From: Candidatus Sungiibacteriota bacterium
GTDB taxonomy: Bacteria > Patescibacteriota > Minisyncoccia > Sungbacterales > HO2-52-23
DNA length: 64,000 nt
Direction: 5' to 3'
Assembly: GCA_016180435.1 (NCBI GenBank)
Contig: JACPBG010000004.1
Location: 134,151 to 198,150, forward strand
Shown: positions 19,236 through 29,819 of the stretch, in pieces
Numbering within the stretch: the stretch's first letter is position 1
Layout of the letters: each line of letters starts with the position of its first letter
Position numbers and translations under genes: made by a program
The notes under the pieces: model-generated
What the model was told of the DNA's origin: nothing
What the model saw: the letters and a program-made list of their open reading frames with translations, nothing else
Database searches by the model: none

Positions 19236-20687
19236 TCAGAGAAGCCGGATGCATCTGTCTTCCGGTCTGTCCTGCCGGAATGTGTGGAATTCAGGCAGTT
19301 GCGCCTGAACCCAGTCCAGAGCCGGCGTTGATCCATGGCACAGACCCACAAATGGCTTTTGGGAGCGCGAGTTCCGTAAAATCTCGCCTATCCTTCTGAC
19401 TAAGGATTTGCGTAGAGAATGTCCGGTGGCGCGGTATTGCTCACAGCGCGCATTCACCCGGACCTCTTCAAATTTTTTATCCGTAACTTCCAGTAGAATA
19501 GTTGAGCCGCGTTCAGCCCGCAGGGCTTTATAACCATTGGTTCCGGGTGCCAGATACCCGGAAGCCCCGTACATTGCATTCTCGCGCGGCAGAAGTTCAC
19601 GCATGTATTGCGCCACCGGTCCATGCCCCATACCCGAAGGAGCCACTATCGCTCCAACTTTGCGATTAGAATCAAGCGCGCTTCCCACCGCATTTAAAAT
19701 TTCAATTTCTTCACTGTTGGCATTTACCGAGCGATCCCCCATACACCAGAAGCCGTCCTCTGACTCCATGATGTCCCAGAGTTTACGGGCCGATGGTCCG
19801 TCCAGATACACTCGAAGTCCGAGATCAGCCAATTTTCTGGCAAAAGTAGGCGCGCGATCCAAAGCAAAGGCCGAAGTCAGAAACCATCCGCCGGCTTTAT
19901 TGGTATTGTGCGCATCATCCGCCATGCGGATAATTTCTCTTTTCCAGAAGGTTTTTTCGTCCGTTCCTTTGGCAACATCTTCTGCGCAATTGGTGCAATC
20001 AATCGATAAAAGGTGGCTTATGCGTATGTCGTCTGGCGGAAGAGGCGCGCCGTCGGTGGTCAATTGCGCATGCGTGGCATAATCCCCGGAAAACATGAAT
20101 GTATGCTCGGTTTTTCCGGATTTGATAATGAATATAACCGAACAACTTCCCCGGATATGGCCGTTGCGCCATAAAAGCACGCTAATTTTGCCCGGAACCA
20201 GCTCTAAAATCTCTGGACGTTTTACAGCGTGTACGCGATCCAGGGTTTCTTCAATGTCGTCCTTATCATACGGCAGATTTTCCTTGCGCCGGTTAGAAAC
20301 ATTGAATTGATCGTAAAGCACGCGCGGAAGAAATGCGGCTGTGGGGCGAGTGCAGATAATTCGGCTGTCATGCGTAAGATGCCGTCTGATTTTTTTGAGC
20401 GCCACAGCTGCGGCGTGATCACGGTGCGCATGGGTCAAGAAGACGTGATCGATCTTTTTTACGCCGACGGAGTCCAGGATTGTTTGAAGTTTTTCCAAGT
20501 CCTGCGGAGCGAGCCAGGAAACTGCCGATACGGCGCCATCACTGTCTGTGCTCTCCATTCCGGCATCAATCAAATAAGCATGAATCTCTTTACCCAGCCG
20601 GACTACAAATAAGTAACAACTGGCTCCTAAGTTTGTAAGGGCGCGTACTCCAGTAGCGCCACCAAGTATATACAGCCATGCTTCCAT
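19236..20687 (-). CDS. Metallo-beta-lactamase-fold hydrolase, likely beta-CASP/RNA-processing nuclease family
   Basis: HVFLTHAHRDH (HxHxDH) motif, 483 aa with downstream His/Asp-rich motifs. Confidence 0.55.
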   Translation of the reverse strand: MEAWLYILGGATGVRALTNLGASCYLFVVRLGKEIHAYLIDAGMESTDSDGAVSAVSWLAPQDLEKLQTILDSVGVKKIDHVFLTHAHRDHAAAVALKKIRRHLTHDSRIICTRPTAAFLPRVLYDQFNVSNRRKENLPYDKDDIEETLDRVHAVKRPEILELVPGKISVLLWRNGHIRGSCSVIFIIKSGKTEHTFMFSGDYATHAQLTTDGAPLPPDDIRISHLLSIDCTNCAEDVAKGTDEKTFWKREIIRMADDAHNTNKAGGWFLTSAFALDRAPTFARKLADLGLRVYLDGPSARKLWDIMESEDGFWCMGDRSVNANSEEIEILNAVGSALDSNRKVGAIVAPSGMGHGPVAQYMRELLPRENAMYGASGYLAPGTNGYKALRAERGSTILLEVTDKKFEEVRVNARCEQYRATGHSLRKSLVRRIGEILRNSRSQKPFVGLCHGSTPALDWVQAQLPEFHTFRQDRPEDRCIRLL

Positions 20688-20846
20688 TTGCTTTCTCCTT
20701 TTGTTTTGTAATTTTACTGCCTTTAGGTAAAGCTGTGTTTTTAAAACATTATTTCCCGAGCCTAGTCGAGGGATTACCTTAAACGGCCTTACTTAAAGGC
20801 AGTATTTTTCAAAGTTCGGGTTATTGTTACAAGTATACCTCATCTA

Positions 20847-20875
20847 TTGACAAAAATCAAGTATTGGAATATAAT
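20847..20875 (+). promoter_or_regulatory. Sigma70-type promoter (-35 ttgaca / -10 tataat) preceding a ~230-nt structured leader
   Basis: ttgaca 20847-52, 17-bp spacer, tataat 20870-75. Confidence 0.45.
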
Positions 20876-21104
20876 GTGAGCAACTACTACCCACATTTGA
20901 TGAATCGCATTTTTATCAGCGATTCGCGTAAATCGGCTAAAATTCGCAGAAATTCGTTCGGGTAGGTGGGCGATCTTTAACACCACGTTTGGGATCCCGC
21001 AAGGTGCGGGAATAAAATTTTGGACGGCAATGGTTGTTTTACGGGCATGTTACTTCCGGCCCAATCGGAAAACGGAAGCAAAAACCGAAACCTTAGGGGG
21101 GTTT

Positions 21105-22235
21105 ATGAAAAAGGAATTGTCAAAAAAGTTGTTTGGTCACACGGATCGGTCGCAGTTAAGTGCACAGCTTCAGGAGCGGTTAGATTCAATTCTAACCAAT
21201 ACTGTAGCTCCGATCATCTTCGATTTCGTGGACGTCGTGCTCCCACAGTTCGCGGAGCAGGGCGTCATCTTAGAGTCAGGCACGCCCGAACACATTACTG
21301 AAGTGCTTGGCGCAGAATTCTGCGCCAAAGTTACTGACTTGGGAAATAGAGTGTCCGAAGCGGTTCGGGGCGTGGAGGATAAACTCCGAGCTAGTCGGGA
21401 GACCGCGGACATGAGCAAACGGGTGCGTGGCTTTTTGGATGGATGGGCCAAGGACATCGCCAACCGATGTTACGGCCCCGCCAACGAAGAGTTCTTCTCC
21501 AAATATGGGGATCAGACCGACAACTTCATGTGTCTGGTGTTTCCCGGACAGGAAGTAAAACACTCGGCAATAAAGTTGGTCTTGGAGTGGGTGGGGCAGG
21601 AGAAGAGCCTACGGAACGACATTACTTCGGAGTCCCGGAAGGCGATTGCGCCGTTCCTACCGCAGGCCGCGAAAATTCTGGACGAGGAATTTGATAATCT
21701 TGACCAGAAAAGAGCGGCAAAACCCAAACGTGCTGCCCATAAGACCACAACCGAGTGGTTGTCGGCGCTTGATCGGCATGAATCCGATTGCAAACTGGAT
21801 CAGCTGGGTTTGAAGGAGGTGGGCCGTGCCATACGGTACCTTGAGAAGTGGGTGGAGGGAAAACCGCGCCGGGTTCACCAGGATGGAAACCGGGGAAGTC
21901 CGGAGAAATTCAATCCGGTCCCGGTTTTGGAAACCCAGCCCGCCGGAGAAGACGGCACCGCCGAGGAATCGTTAGTCGCTTCGCCCAAAAAACTTCTGTC
22001 GGCCCTGAAAAGGGTTCACAAAAAGTCCTTGGGTAAGGATGGGGCGGATGAGGAGTTAGTGGTCATACTCTGTAACGCGGTGGTGATCGCGGAAAAGCTG
22101 GTTCCATTGGCGCGAGCCAAAGGAGAAGATATTTCCGGATTACTGGCGGAAGTGGTTAGAACCGCTAAGGCCAGTGATAAGGAAGGCCTTGACGCCAATG
22201 TTTCCGCCATGCAGGTTATGGCGGAGAGCATGTAG
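21105..22235 (+). CDS. Hypothetical protein (GC-rich)
   Basis: ATG preceded by RBS aggggggt; 376 aa; followed by hairpin terminator. Confidence 0.45.
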   Translation: MKKELSKKLFGHTDRSQLSAQLQERLDSILTNTVAPIIFDFVDVVLPQFAEQGVILESGTPEHITEVLGAEFCAKVTDLGNRVSEAVRGVEDKLRASRETADMSKRVRGFLDGWAKDIANRCYGPANEEFFSKYGDQTDNFMCLVFPGQEVKHSAIKLVLEWVGQEKSLRNDITSESRKAIAPFLPQAAKILDEEFDNLDQKRAAKPKRAAHKTTTEWLSALDRHESDCKLDQLGLKEVGRAIRYLEKWVEGKPRRVHQDGNRGSPEKFNPVPVLETQPAGEDGTAEESLVASPKKLLSALKRVHKKSLGKDGADEELVVILCNAVVIAEKLVPLARAKGEDISGLLAEVVRTAKASDKEGLDANVSAMQVMAESM

Positions 22236-22270
22236 TCGCCACTGTTACAACGCCACGAAAGGAGGCATTT

Positions 22271-22305
22271 AAAAGCCCAGTACGGAAATCCGTACTGGGT
22301 TATTA
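22271..22305 (+). terminator. Hairpin terminator
   Basis: cccagtacggaaatccgtactggg followed by T-rich tract. Confidence 0.45.
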
Positions 22306-22377
22306 TAATTTAGGCGTTATCCCATTTGTCCGGAGATATATCTGCTTGTTTTATAATTTCTGCGATTAAGTTTTTAT

Positions 22378-22614
22378 CTATATCACGGCCGTGGGGATTA
22401 TACCGATATGCAAACCCGGAATAGAATCGCCATCTCTTAGTTTTAATAGTAGCCAATCTTCAAGAGCGGATTGCAATTCTTTCCGACAATCTTCTAAATT
22501 TTTGGCGTGGGCCCATACTCCTTGCAATCCCGGAATTTCACCCAAATAACTCTTATTTTTTAGAAGCTTATATCTGGCTTCTCTTAGTTTTTTTTCCACA
22601 AATTCAGAAATCAT
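22378..22614 (-). CDS. HicB-like (UPF0150) antitoxin-family protein, orphan
   Basis: YLGEIPGLQGVWAHAKNLEDCRKELQSALEDWLLLKL matches HicB/UPF0150 core (G-IP-LPG-...-TLEE-...-L-E-L); no HicA ORF found adjacent. Confidence 0.5.
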   Translation of the reverse strand: MISEFVEKKLREARYKLLKNKSYLGEIPGLQGVWAHAKNLEDCRKELQSALEDWLLLKLRDGDSIPGLHIGIIPTAVI

Positions 22615-22742
22615 ATTTTTATGTTACATATCTGATATGGTTGTGTAAATCTTTACTTTTTATTCAAAATAGTGTATAATATAAGATATGGATTTGCAGT
22701 AGTTAATTCTAAGGTTTAAGTTTAAATTATAGCTCAATTTTT

Positions 22743-24638
22743 ATGGTAACTGATAAAAATATGCGAAGAGAAGGGGCCCCGCCATCAAATCAAAATAATA
22801 CAGATGCGCCGATCGAGAAATCGGCCGTAAGCGGAAGCGGACAAAAACCGCAGGATATTTTGGATTTGGAAAAACAAATTGCCGAATCAAGAGATAAGAT
22901 TACGGGCGGATTGCGGGGAGAGGAATTAAAAGCGGAAAGCGAACGGCTCGTGGCACTGGTACGTGCCAAAAAAGAAAAAGAATCAAGCGGAGTACCTGCT
23001 AAAGAAAATATCCAGTCGTCCGCAGAAATAGGAGAGAAAGATAAGGGCCAAACTCCGGCATCCAAAAAGACGCGGAAGAAAAAGAAGGCAACTGCGGATG
23101 CCGAAACAGTGGAATCCGAAAAGACGCCTAAAGTCCCGGCTAACGAATTGGTAGAGAATGCGGCTCAAGAAACCGCCTCTAAAGTTAAAATTAAATTAGG
23201 CGAAAACGATTTGGCTAAAAAAGAAGTGGAAAAAAGGCAAGAACAATTTGCCGAAAATTTAAAAGAATTTTTGCGTAAAAATCCACGCGAACGGGATAAG
23301 GCCGAAGTTTATGAAGGATTAGCCAAGTCGTTCAATTATGATGCGGAGAAAATATTAGCAGCCACAGACGCCTTTGATGAAACGGGGGGTGTGATGGCCA
23401 AACGAAGAAAAGGCGCATATAAAGATGTGTTCACGATGCTGGGTGGAACATCCAAAGATAAAAATGCAGGAGTGGAAAAATCCGCAAAAGATAAAATTTC
23501 CGCGGATGAAAAAGAGCAACAGCCGGCTGATTTGGCCGAAGCGGTAAAAATCGATCCGGAGAAGCTTGAAAAGGAAATTGCTGAACTGAAACAGAAAATT
23601 ATCAGCGGGAAATATGCGGGCGAAGAATTAAAAACATTAAGTCAGGATCTCAAAAAACTTGTTAAGATGAGGCCGGCTGCGTCCAAACGGATTGCAGGAA
23701 AAAAAGCAGGTAAAGACACCGAAGATGCCGATGGAAAATTCAAAATATCTATGGGGGCCGGAAAATCGAAGTCGCCGCTACCGAAGGACGTGAAGACGAC
23801 GCCCGGACCGGGCGAACAGACGCCAACTCCGGCGGATACGGATACCGGAAAAATTGAAAGCATACGCACGGGTATTTTGGAAAAATATGCCGAGGGCAAG
23901 AAAGCGGAACTTACGGCGCGTAAAAAAGAGCTTGAGAAAAAAGATGCGCGAAACGCCGCGGAAAATGCGGAATATGAGGAATTGATTCGCGCCGAGCGCC
24001 TGGAGCATGTTATAAAATCACTCGCCATAATCGAGATCGGGGGAAAGCCCACCCCAGAATTCATGCAGCAATTCAGTCGTGATTTGATGAAAGCGGAAAA
24101 AGAAACGCTGGAATGGTACGAACTTCGCGGGAAAAACGAGACCCATCCGCCGGCAGAATTTTTCAGCGCCCTGATTGACCGGCTTCCCCAAGAAAGATAT
24201 CCGAAACTTCACGAATTGAAAGAAAAAAGCGGCAAGAAATTTAAGGATGTTGTGGAGAAACTGACCGATGCCCTGCATGAGCCGGATGACGAAAAATTCG
24301 AGGGGAAATTCGCCGACCTGGAGGGCAGTCAGCCGGTTTTGAAAGAGTTGCTGGGCGAGGAGGGATTGAAGCAGTTATTCAAAACGCTTCGCGGGATGGA
24401 ACATCTGCGTGTGGAGCGGGAATCCGGTGTTTTAACTCCGGAACAGGCCGAACAGCGAAGAGAAGAACTCAATCAAGCGCAAGGCCAGTTAGGATCAGCC
24501 ATGGAAAAGGCGTGGTCCATTGCCGGCCTCGTGGGTATTATGCTTTTGCTCGGATTGATTTTTATGATAATCGTGGAATTGGAAGCGATTGACTTTATGC
24601 TTAAAAAAACCAAAGGAGGGAAAGGAGGCATATTTTAA
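22743..24638 (+). CDS. Lys/Glu-rich coiled-coil protein with C-terminal transmembrane anchor
   Basis: 631 aa, extreme K/E content and heptad-like repeats, single C-terminal TM WSIAGLVGIMLLLGLIFMIIV; stop overlaps next start (ttttaaATG). Confidence 0.5.
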   Translation: MVTDKNMRREGAPPSNQNNTDAPIEKSAVSGSGQKPQDILDLEKQIAESRDKITGGLRGEELKAESERLVALVRAKKEKESSGVPAKENIQSSAEIGEKDKGQTPASKKTRKKKKATADAETVESEKTPKVPANELVENAAQETASKVKIKLGENDLAKKEVEKRQEQFAENLKEFLRKNPRERDKAEVYEGLAKSFNYDAEKILAATDAFDETGGVMAKRRKGAYKDVFTMLGGTSKDKNAGVEKSAKDKISADEKEQQPADLAEAVKIDPEKLEKEIAELKQKIISGKYAGEELKTLSQDLKKLVKMRPAASKRIAGKKAGKDTEDADGKFKISMGAGKSKSPLPKDVKTTPGPGEQTPTPADTDTGKIESIRTGILEKYAEGKKAELTARKKELEKKDARNAAENAEYEELIRAERLEHVIKSLAIIEIGGKPTPEFMQQFSRDLMKAEKETLEWYELRGKNETHPPAEFFSALIDRLPQERYPKLHELKEKSGKKFKDVVEKLTDALHEPDDEKFEGKFADLEGSQPVLKELLGEEGLKQLFKTLRGMEHLRVERESGVLTPEQAEQRREELNQAQGQLGSAMEKAWSIAGLVGIMLLLGLIFMIIVELEAIDFMLKKTKGGKGGIF

Positions 24639-25112
24639 ATGAATAAAGAATTTTTAAGAAAAGAAACGCCGGCAATATCTGCGGAAAAATCTCCTGAATC
24701 CGCGGGAGGGAGATTTGAAAAGATGGAAAATATGGTGCGATCGGATTTGGAGGCGGTGAATTTACGGACGCCCGAGGGAGGTGAAAAGGAGCAAAGGATA
24801 CTTCGCGGGTTAAGGGATAATTTTAATCCGGCGCCGCGTCTGCAAAAAGCGCTGATGGGAGCGGGGATCTTATTTTTCCTCGGCGGATGCGGTTTTCCGC
24901 TAATTGATGTGGATATCAAGGGCGGATTGAAGTTTGAGCCGTATCGGCCGCCACCCGAGCGATATGAATATAATATACAGCCGCGTTCGCGCGGCCGCGG
25001 CTGGGTGGATAGTGGCGGAGGCACCGGAATATGGCATGGATATGGAAAGCGTGACGGAAAGGTCAAACCGATTTGGGAGGAAACAGGCCCACGTCCGCGT
25101 AAGAAGAAATGA
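24639..25112 (+). CDS. Small membrane protein, translationally coupled to upstream gene
   Basis: TM segment LMGAGILFFLGGCGF; TAA/ATG overlap. Confidence 0.4.
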   Translation: MNKEFLRKETPAISAEKSPESAGGRFEKMENMVRSDLEAVNLRTPEGGEKEQRILRGLRDNFNPAPRLQKALMGAGILFFLGGCGFPLIDVDIKGGLKFEPYRPPPERYEYNIQPRSRGRGWVDSGGGTGIWHGYGKRDGKVKPIWEETGPRPRKKK

Positions 25113-25313
25113 AACAGAGGCCGTTGAATTATTCTTCGAGCGGAGCAAAGCGGAGTCGAGAAGCTTCTTTTTAAGGTAGTTTATCCTGAGTTTGTCGAAG
25201 GAAAGGATAACTTTTGGCTTATGTATCCTCTCGATAAGCTCGGGGAATAATTCAACGGTATCAAACATTAAGTGAGTGTTGCAAAAGTATAATTATGGTT
25301 TATTATTATCTAT

Positions 25314-28208
25314 ATGAGTGAAGAAGGACCAAAAAAAGAAACGCCAAAACCTCTTACTAAAGAAGAGATTGACGCATTTCTTAACGGATTTCCGAATGAT
25401 GCCCCGGCTCCAGCATCGGCTGAAGCGTCTCCTGTTGTGAATGAAAGTGAAGACGAAGAATTTGCGCGACTCGCGGAAGGTCGCCGGAATTGGAATTTAA
25501 GCAAGGATGAAACAGAACGTTTGGAAGAGTTAGAGCGGCAGAGAGCCAAAAAATCCACGGGAGCTGAAGTTACTCCAACGCCGCCGTTGATTATAAAACA
25601 AGCAATTCCTGTTTCGAAGAGTGCGGCACATCCGGATTCAATATTTTCAGGAATTTCTTCGCCTAAAAAAGACACAGAAGCGGCAGTTTCTCCGGCGCTG
25701 GCGGCTGCTACAGGACCAGAAGTTCCTCCGAAAGGATTAGAGGGGCAGAGCGTTGTACCTGATATGGGAGTGCCGACTGAACCCGGTGCGCCGCGACCTG
25801 CTCCAGAACAAGAACCCACGGAAATCGGACCGGAGAGCCGCGAAACATCACGCCTTTCCGACAAAGAACGGCTATTTGCGTATCGTATGTGGAGCGGGGA
25901 CTGGAAAGCCGCCGAAGTTCCGAAAGAAAAAGATAAACAAACTCCGGAAGCAATTGAGGCCAATGCCCAAGAGGTTTTTAAACTCCGCGGTGATGAGCTG
26001 GATGCATATGAAAAAGTATGCCGTACCCGATCGGCCCTGAAGAAACTGGAGAAAATCCGCGGAGGCGAAAAGGATTCGGGCGCCAAGGCGCGGGAAAAAA
26101 TTGAGAAAGAAAAGGAATTATTAGATGCCGAAAATAAATATCATACTGCAAAAGACGCGTATGAAAAGCGGCTGGATCGTTTCAAACTGGATTTACTTAA
26201 TGATTTTATAAAGAGCAACGAAGAAAAATTACCGGGCCTGACCAAAAAACAGCTGGCGGATGCGGCGCTTAAATGGCAGCATCAATCTTTGCTTGAAACC
26301 ATCCAAAATTTGGACGGTAATACGCGGCTGTTGGAACAGGAACGCGAAAGAAACGCGCGTGAAATTGGAATGTTGCGTAATATGTGGGAAAAATTCAATC
26401 AACTGCCGCAATGGCAAAAAGTTGCCATTGGAGTTGGAGCCGCGGGTTTGATTGGAGTAGGAACAGCCGGGTTGGGCGGAATGGTGCTGCCTTTGCTCGG
26501 ATTTTCCGCGCCAAGCAGTGTGGCGGCTTTGAGTGTAGGAGGGGTATATATGCAACGAAGGGCGATTGGCGGAACCCTGGGGGCCGGTTTGCAGGCCGTA
26601 GTGGATAAATTATTTATAAGCCGGCAATACGGTAAGGAGCGTGAAAAAGTCAGTAAAGAAGAGAAGCAGAAAACCTCCGAGAATTTAAACCAAGAGTTAA
26701 AAGATTATTTGGGAAATTGGGTGGAAGATGAGGAGAAAAAACTAAAAATGATGGAAATCGTAGATAAAGACGCCAAAGAATATCGTGCGCGCCTGGATGA
26801 TATAACGCGGCGCGAAGGCAAGACGCGCGGATGGTCGGCGCTTGCTACTGGTCTTATTGGCGGAGGATCGGTGCTCGCGTACGAGAACTGGGATAATATT
26901 GTTAATTTGTTCCAGGGAGCGCCTAAAGGAAGCGTTTTGGGCAGTGTGAATCATGATGACTTTTACGAAGCGTATCACCCTGATAAGTATAATCCGCATC
27001 CGGCCGTGCCTGCGGAGGGTGCGGCGGCCATTGAACCATCATCAGTAGAAACCGCGCAAGAAATGGGATATATTCCTTCGGAACCCTCATCCGTAGAAAC
27101 TGCCCAGGATATGCAAAATATCGGCGCTGCCATTGAGCCCTCTTCGGTAGAAACAGCGAAAGAGATGGGCACAGCGGCGCCCACCACAGAAGCTTCGGCA
27201 GCGGGCTATGACCCGCGTTTACTCGTTGACTTGGAGGGCGCGGCAACCGAGGACGCTTCTTTGGCAGATAAAGTATTTACCGTACAGGAGGGCGATTCTA
27301 TGTGGAAAATCACGCGCCAGATGGTGAAAAACGGACTAATTACCGAGGAGCAGTGGAAAGACGGTTGGCAAAATTCCATGGTGGAGATGGCCAATGGCAA
27401 AAAAGTTCCTATCCACGAATTGGGTCTGATTCATGCCGGAGATCAAGTGCGAATTTTAGAGGACACATCGGGCGGAATAGTTTTTTCCGTTGAAGATTAT
27501 CCGCATGACACGCTTAAACTTGCGGATAATGCGGGATATGCCGAATATCTGGATAAGGCCGGAAAACCCCAGCCCCAATGGCTGCAGGACGCGCTGGCCA
27601 TGAAATCAGGAGCAAAATCCGCGCTTGCAGAGCAGGGCGCGGAACTGCATGAATTGGTGCTTGCCTCGGCGTCCGATAACGCCAATGAAGTTATCCGTGG
27701 AACGCCGACATTTTTTAACGAGGCGATACGCGCGGAACTTGCCGAACAATTCGGCAATGCTACGCTTGCGCATCAGGAAGAGATGCTCGGAGAAATTGCG
27801 CTGGATCGCGCCAATATCGGGGATTTGGCAAGCGATGCCTGGGAAGACCCGGGACGCGCGCGGGATCTTGCCCGCAGTTTCAGTGAAGCATTTGGTTTTG
27901 AAAACGGATTGCGGACATCCGAGGCGTATCTTGCTAATCTGGAGGCGTTTAATACGCTTTTGCGCGATAATGAAATTTTTCCATCATATTTTAATAGGGT
28001 GAAAGATGTGCGCGTTGGAGAATTTATCGCATTGGCGAAAGGAGAAGCATCATTTGTTAATTCGCCATTCGGATATCTGCAAAATCAATTCCGGCTTTAT
28101 CCGGACAAATGGCAAAAGATCGCATCTTTTCTTGAACAATCTAAGCCCGGTCGACCGGAAAAGATGCTAACTTTGGGGAAATTTATTAAAGGCCTTGTAG
28201 GAGGATAA
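25314..28208 (+). CDS. Large multi-TM envelope protein with charged N-terminal region, 3x ~23-aa tandem repeats, LysM domain and C-terminal globular domain
   Basis: TM cluster VAIGVGAAGLIGVGTAGLGGMVLPLLGF; repeats EPSSVETAQEMG x3 (DNA 27030-27170); LysM-like FTVQEGDSMWKITRQMV...IHAGDQVRI. Confidence 0.5.
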   Translation: MSEEGPKKETPKPLTKEEIDAFLNGFPNDAPAPASAEASPVVNESEDEEFARLAEGRRNWNLSKDETERLEELERQRAKKSTGAEVTPTPPLIIKQAIPVSKSAAHPDSIFSGISSPKKDTEAAVSPALAAATGPEVPPKGLEGQSVVPDMGVPTEPGAPRPAPEQEPTEIGPESRETSRLSDKERLFAYRMWSGDWKAAEVPKEKDKQTPEAIEANAQEVFKLRGDELDAYEKVCRTRSALKKLEKIRGGEKDSGAKAREKIEKEKELLDAENKYHTAKDAYEKRLDRFKLDLLNDFIKSNEEKLPGLTKKQLADAALKWQHQSLLETIQNLDGNTRLLEQERERNAREIGMLRNMWEKFNQLPQWQKVAIGVGAAGLIGVGTAGLGGMVLPLLGFSAPSSVAALSVGGVYMQRRAIGGTLGAGLQAVVDKLFISRQYGKEREKVSKEEKQKTSENLNQELKDYLGNWVEDEEKKLKMMEIVDKDAKEYRARLDDITRREGKTRGWSALATGLIGGGSVLAYENWDNIVNLFQGAPKGSVLGSVNHDDFYEAYHPDKYNPHPAVPAEGAAAIEPSSVETAQEMGYIPSEPSSVETAQDMQNIGAAIEPSSVETAKEMGTAAPTTEASAAGYDPRLLVDLEGAATEDASLADKVFTVQEGDSMWKITRQMVKNGLITEEQWKDGWQNSMVEMANGKKVPIHELGLIHAGDQVRILEDTSGGIVFSVEDYPHDTLKLADNAGYAEYLDKAGKPQPQWLQDALAMKSGAKSALAEQGAELHELVLASASDNANEVIRGTPTFFNEAIRAELAEQFGNATLAHQEEMLGEIALDRANIGDLASDAWEDPGRARDLARSFSEAFGFENGLRTSEAYLANLEAFNTLLRDNEIFPSYFNRVKDVRVGEFIALAKGEASFVNSPFGYLQNQFRLYPDKWQKIASFLEQSKPGRPEKMLTLGKFIKGLVGG

Positions 28209-28259
28209 AATTATAACTAATAACTACAAACTACAAACTAAAAACTATTAACTAATTTT

Positions 28260-28589
28260 ATGCCAATCAAACAAATTCCAGTGGATGTTAAAAAATATTT
28301 AAAAGCCGACCTTTTTGCGGAACTCGGCATGAATAATTTAAATCCCGAGGAGCGAGTTTCGATGCTCGAAGCCATTGCGGGCGTGGTGCATCAGCGGGTC
28401 GCGCTGCGTCTTATGTCCGAACTCTCCTCGGATCAAAAAGACCAGCTGGAGACATTAGTTACGCGTCATCCGGATGATTCTGTTGCTATGGGATTATTTC
28501 TTAAATCCGAGGTTCCGAATATTGCGGATATTGTGAATGAGGAGGCGGCGGCGTATAAAAAAACGCTGATTGAGCGGATGAAGGCGTAA
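28260..28589 (+). CDS. Hypothetical small protein
   Basis: 109-aa ORF downstream of the large LysM protein; preceded by simple repeat aactacaaactacaaactaaaaacta. Confidence 0.35.
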   Translation: MPIKQIPVDVKKYLKADLFAELGMNNLNPEERVSMLEAIAGVVHQRVALRLMSELSSDQKDQLETLVTRHPDDSVAMGLFLKSEVPNIADIVNEEAAAYKKTLIERMKA

Positions 28590-28768
28590 GTAAAAAAACG
28601 TCCGAAAACTCTCCAAATATCACTTTTTGTCATTCTGAGGCATCAGCCGAAGAATCCCTATGAGATCCTTCGCTATCGCCCAGGATGACGACCAAAGAGA
28701 ATCATTTGTGAATTTTAAAGGAGGAGCCAGGGGGCTCCTCTTTTTGTTTGCCGTTGCACGGCGTCGCG

Positions 28769-29662
28769 TTATGGCGTTTTGGTTTTGGTCGCCGGTGTGG
28801 GAACTGCAACAGGCGACGTAGCTGGTGCCGGAGTTGCAACTGAAGCTACGACGGGGGCGGGAACGCACGTTAGATAGACGAGCGCCGATCGGTTCATGTC
28901 TTGCTCGCCGAATTTCGCTGTGGCTCCATGGCCCTCAAACGGCAAGCTCTTATTTAATGCCTTGCCGAGATACTCCGCAACGGCTTTCGCACGGTTTTGC
29001 GCAAGTTCGGGATTCAGATCTTTTTTGTTTCCGTCCAAGTAAGGCACCGTATCCGCGAATCCAGCAGCTGACGCAACCGTACATCTGCCTTTTTTTTCGA
29101 GCTCCGCGATCTCGTCCAGCCGTTTTTTCATCGTACCAGTGGGGTTAGATGATTTCGTCGCAAATCCGGAAACACGCAGAAGCCGGTTTTTATGGTCAAT
29201 ACCGCCAGTATCCTCCAATACGCCAAGTCGTCCTTCGGTCATCCGACGGACGCCGACAACCCTTTTTTCAAGAGCCGCGAGACGTGTGTTGGTCTCTTCG
29301 ACCGACCGGTCAAGTCGGCTCACCTTAGAGTTCGTTGTCGCGATCTCTCGCTCGGCTCGATCAATGCGACCCTTTTGCACGGTGATTGCCTGACCATGTG
29401 TGGCAATGGAATCCCCGGTCGCTTTCAGGCGATCCTCATGCCTGTATATCGTCTCGGCATGCTCGGAAAGCGCCCCCCGGTGTTTCTCAACGTCTTGCCG
29501 CAAAAGTTCAGTTCCCCGCTGAACTATTCGTGACCCCACTGTAAGGCGATCAACATCGCCCCGCAGAGCCGCAACCTCCTCCTTGGTTGCGAGAACCGAG
29601 CAGCCCGAGCCCGCCGCCATTACTACCGTTAAAAACGCCAATAAAAAAGAACCATTCTTCAT
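28769..29662 (-). CDS. OmpA/MotB-like peptidoglycan-binding lipoprotein with coiled-coil region and Pro/Thr-rich tail
   Basis: Lipoprotein signal AAGSGC; C-terminal AAGFADTVPY...GNKKDLNPELAQNRAKAVAEYL matches the OmpA_C-like motif (GHTD-x-G...N-x-LS-x-RA-x-AV); GC-rich. Confidence 0.55.
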   Translation of the reverse strand: MKNGSFLLAFLTVVMAAGSGCSVLATKEEVAALRGDVDRLTVGSRIVQRGTELLRQDVEKHRGALSEHAETIYRHEDRLKATGDSIATHGQAITVQKGRIDRAEREIATTNSKVSRLDRSVEETNTRLAALEKRVVGVRRMTEGRLGVLEDTGGIDHKNRLLRVSGFATKSSNPTGTMKKRLDEIAELEKKGRCTVASAAGFADTVPYLDGNKKDLNPELAQNRAKAVAEYLGKALNKSLPFEGHGATAKFGEQDMNRSALVYLTCVPAPVVASVATPAPATSPVAVPTPATKTKTP

Positions 29663-29819
29663 AGCCCCTCCTTGCTGGTTTTGATTTTTCCCTATTCGGG
29701 AAGACCAGCTATATGCGATATATTATACACTATATTCAATAAAATGGCAAGCTTTGGAAATTTGTCATAAAGACCCTATTTTGTTATGCTGTTTTTAGCT
29801 TATTTTTTAGAGGCGTACC

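Noticed and set aside
25310-26086. 258-aa minus-strand ORF
   Set aside because: Fully antisense to the 964-aa plus-strand gene, Ser/Ala/Gly-rich with no start context. Judged spurious.
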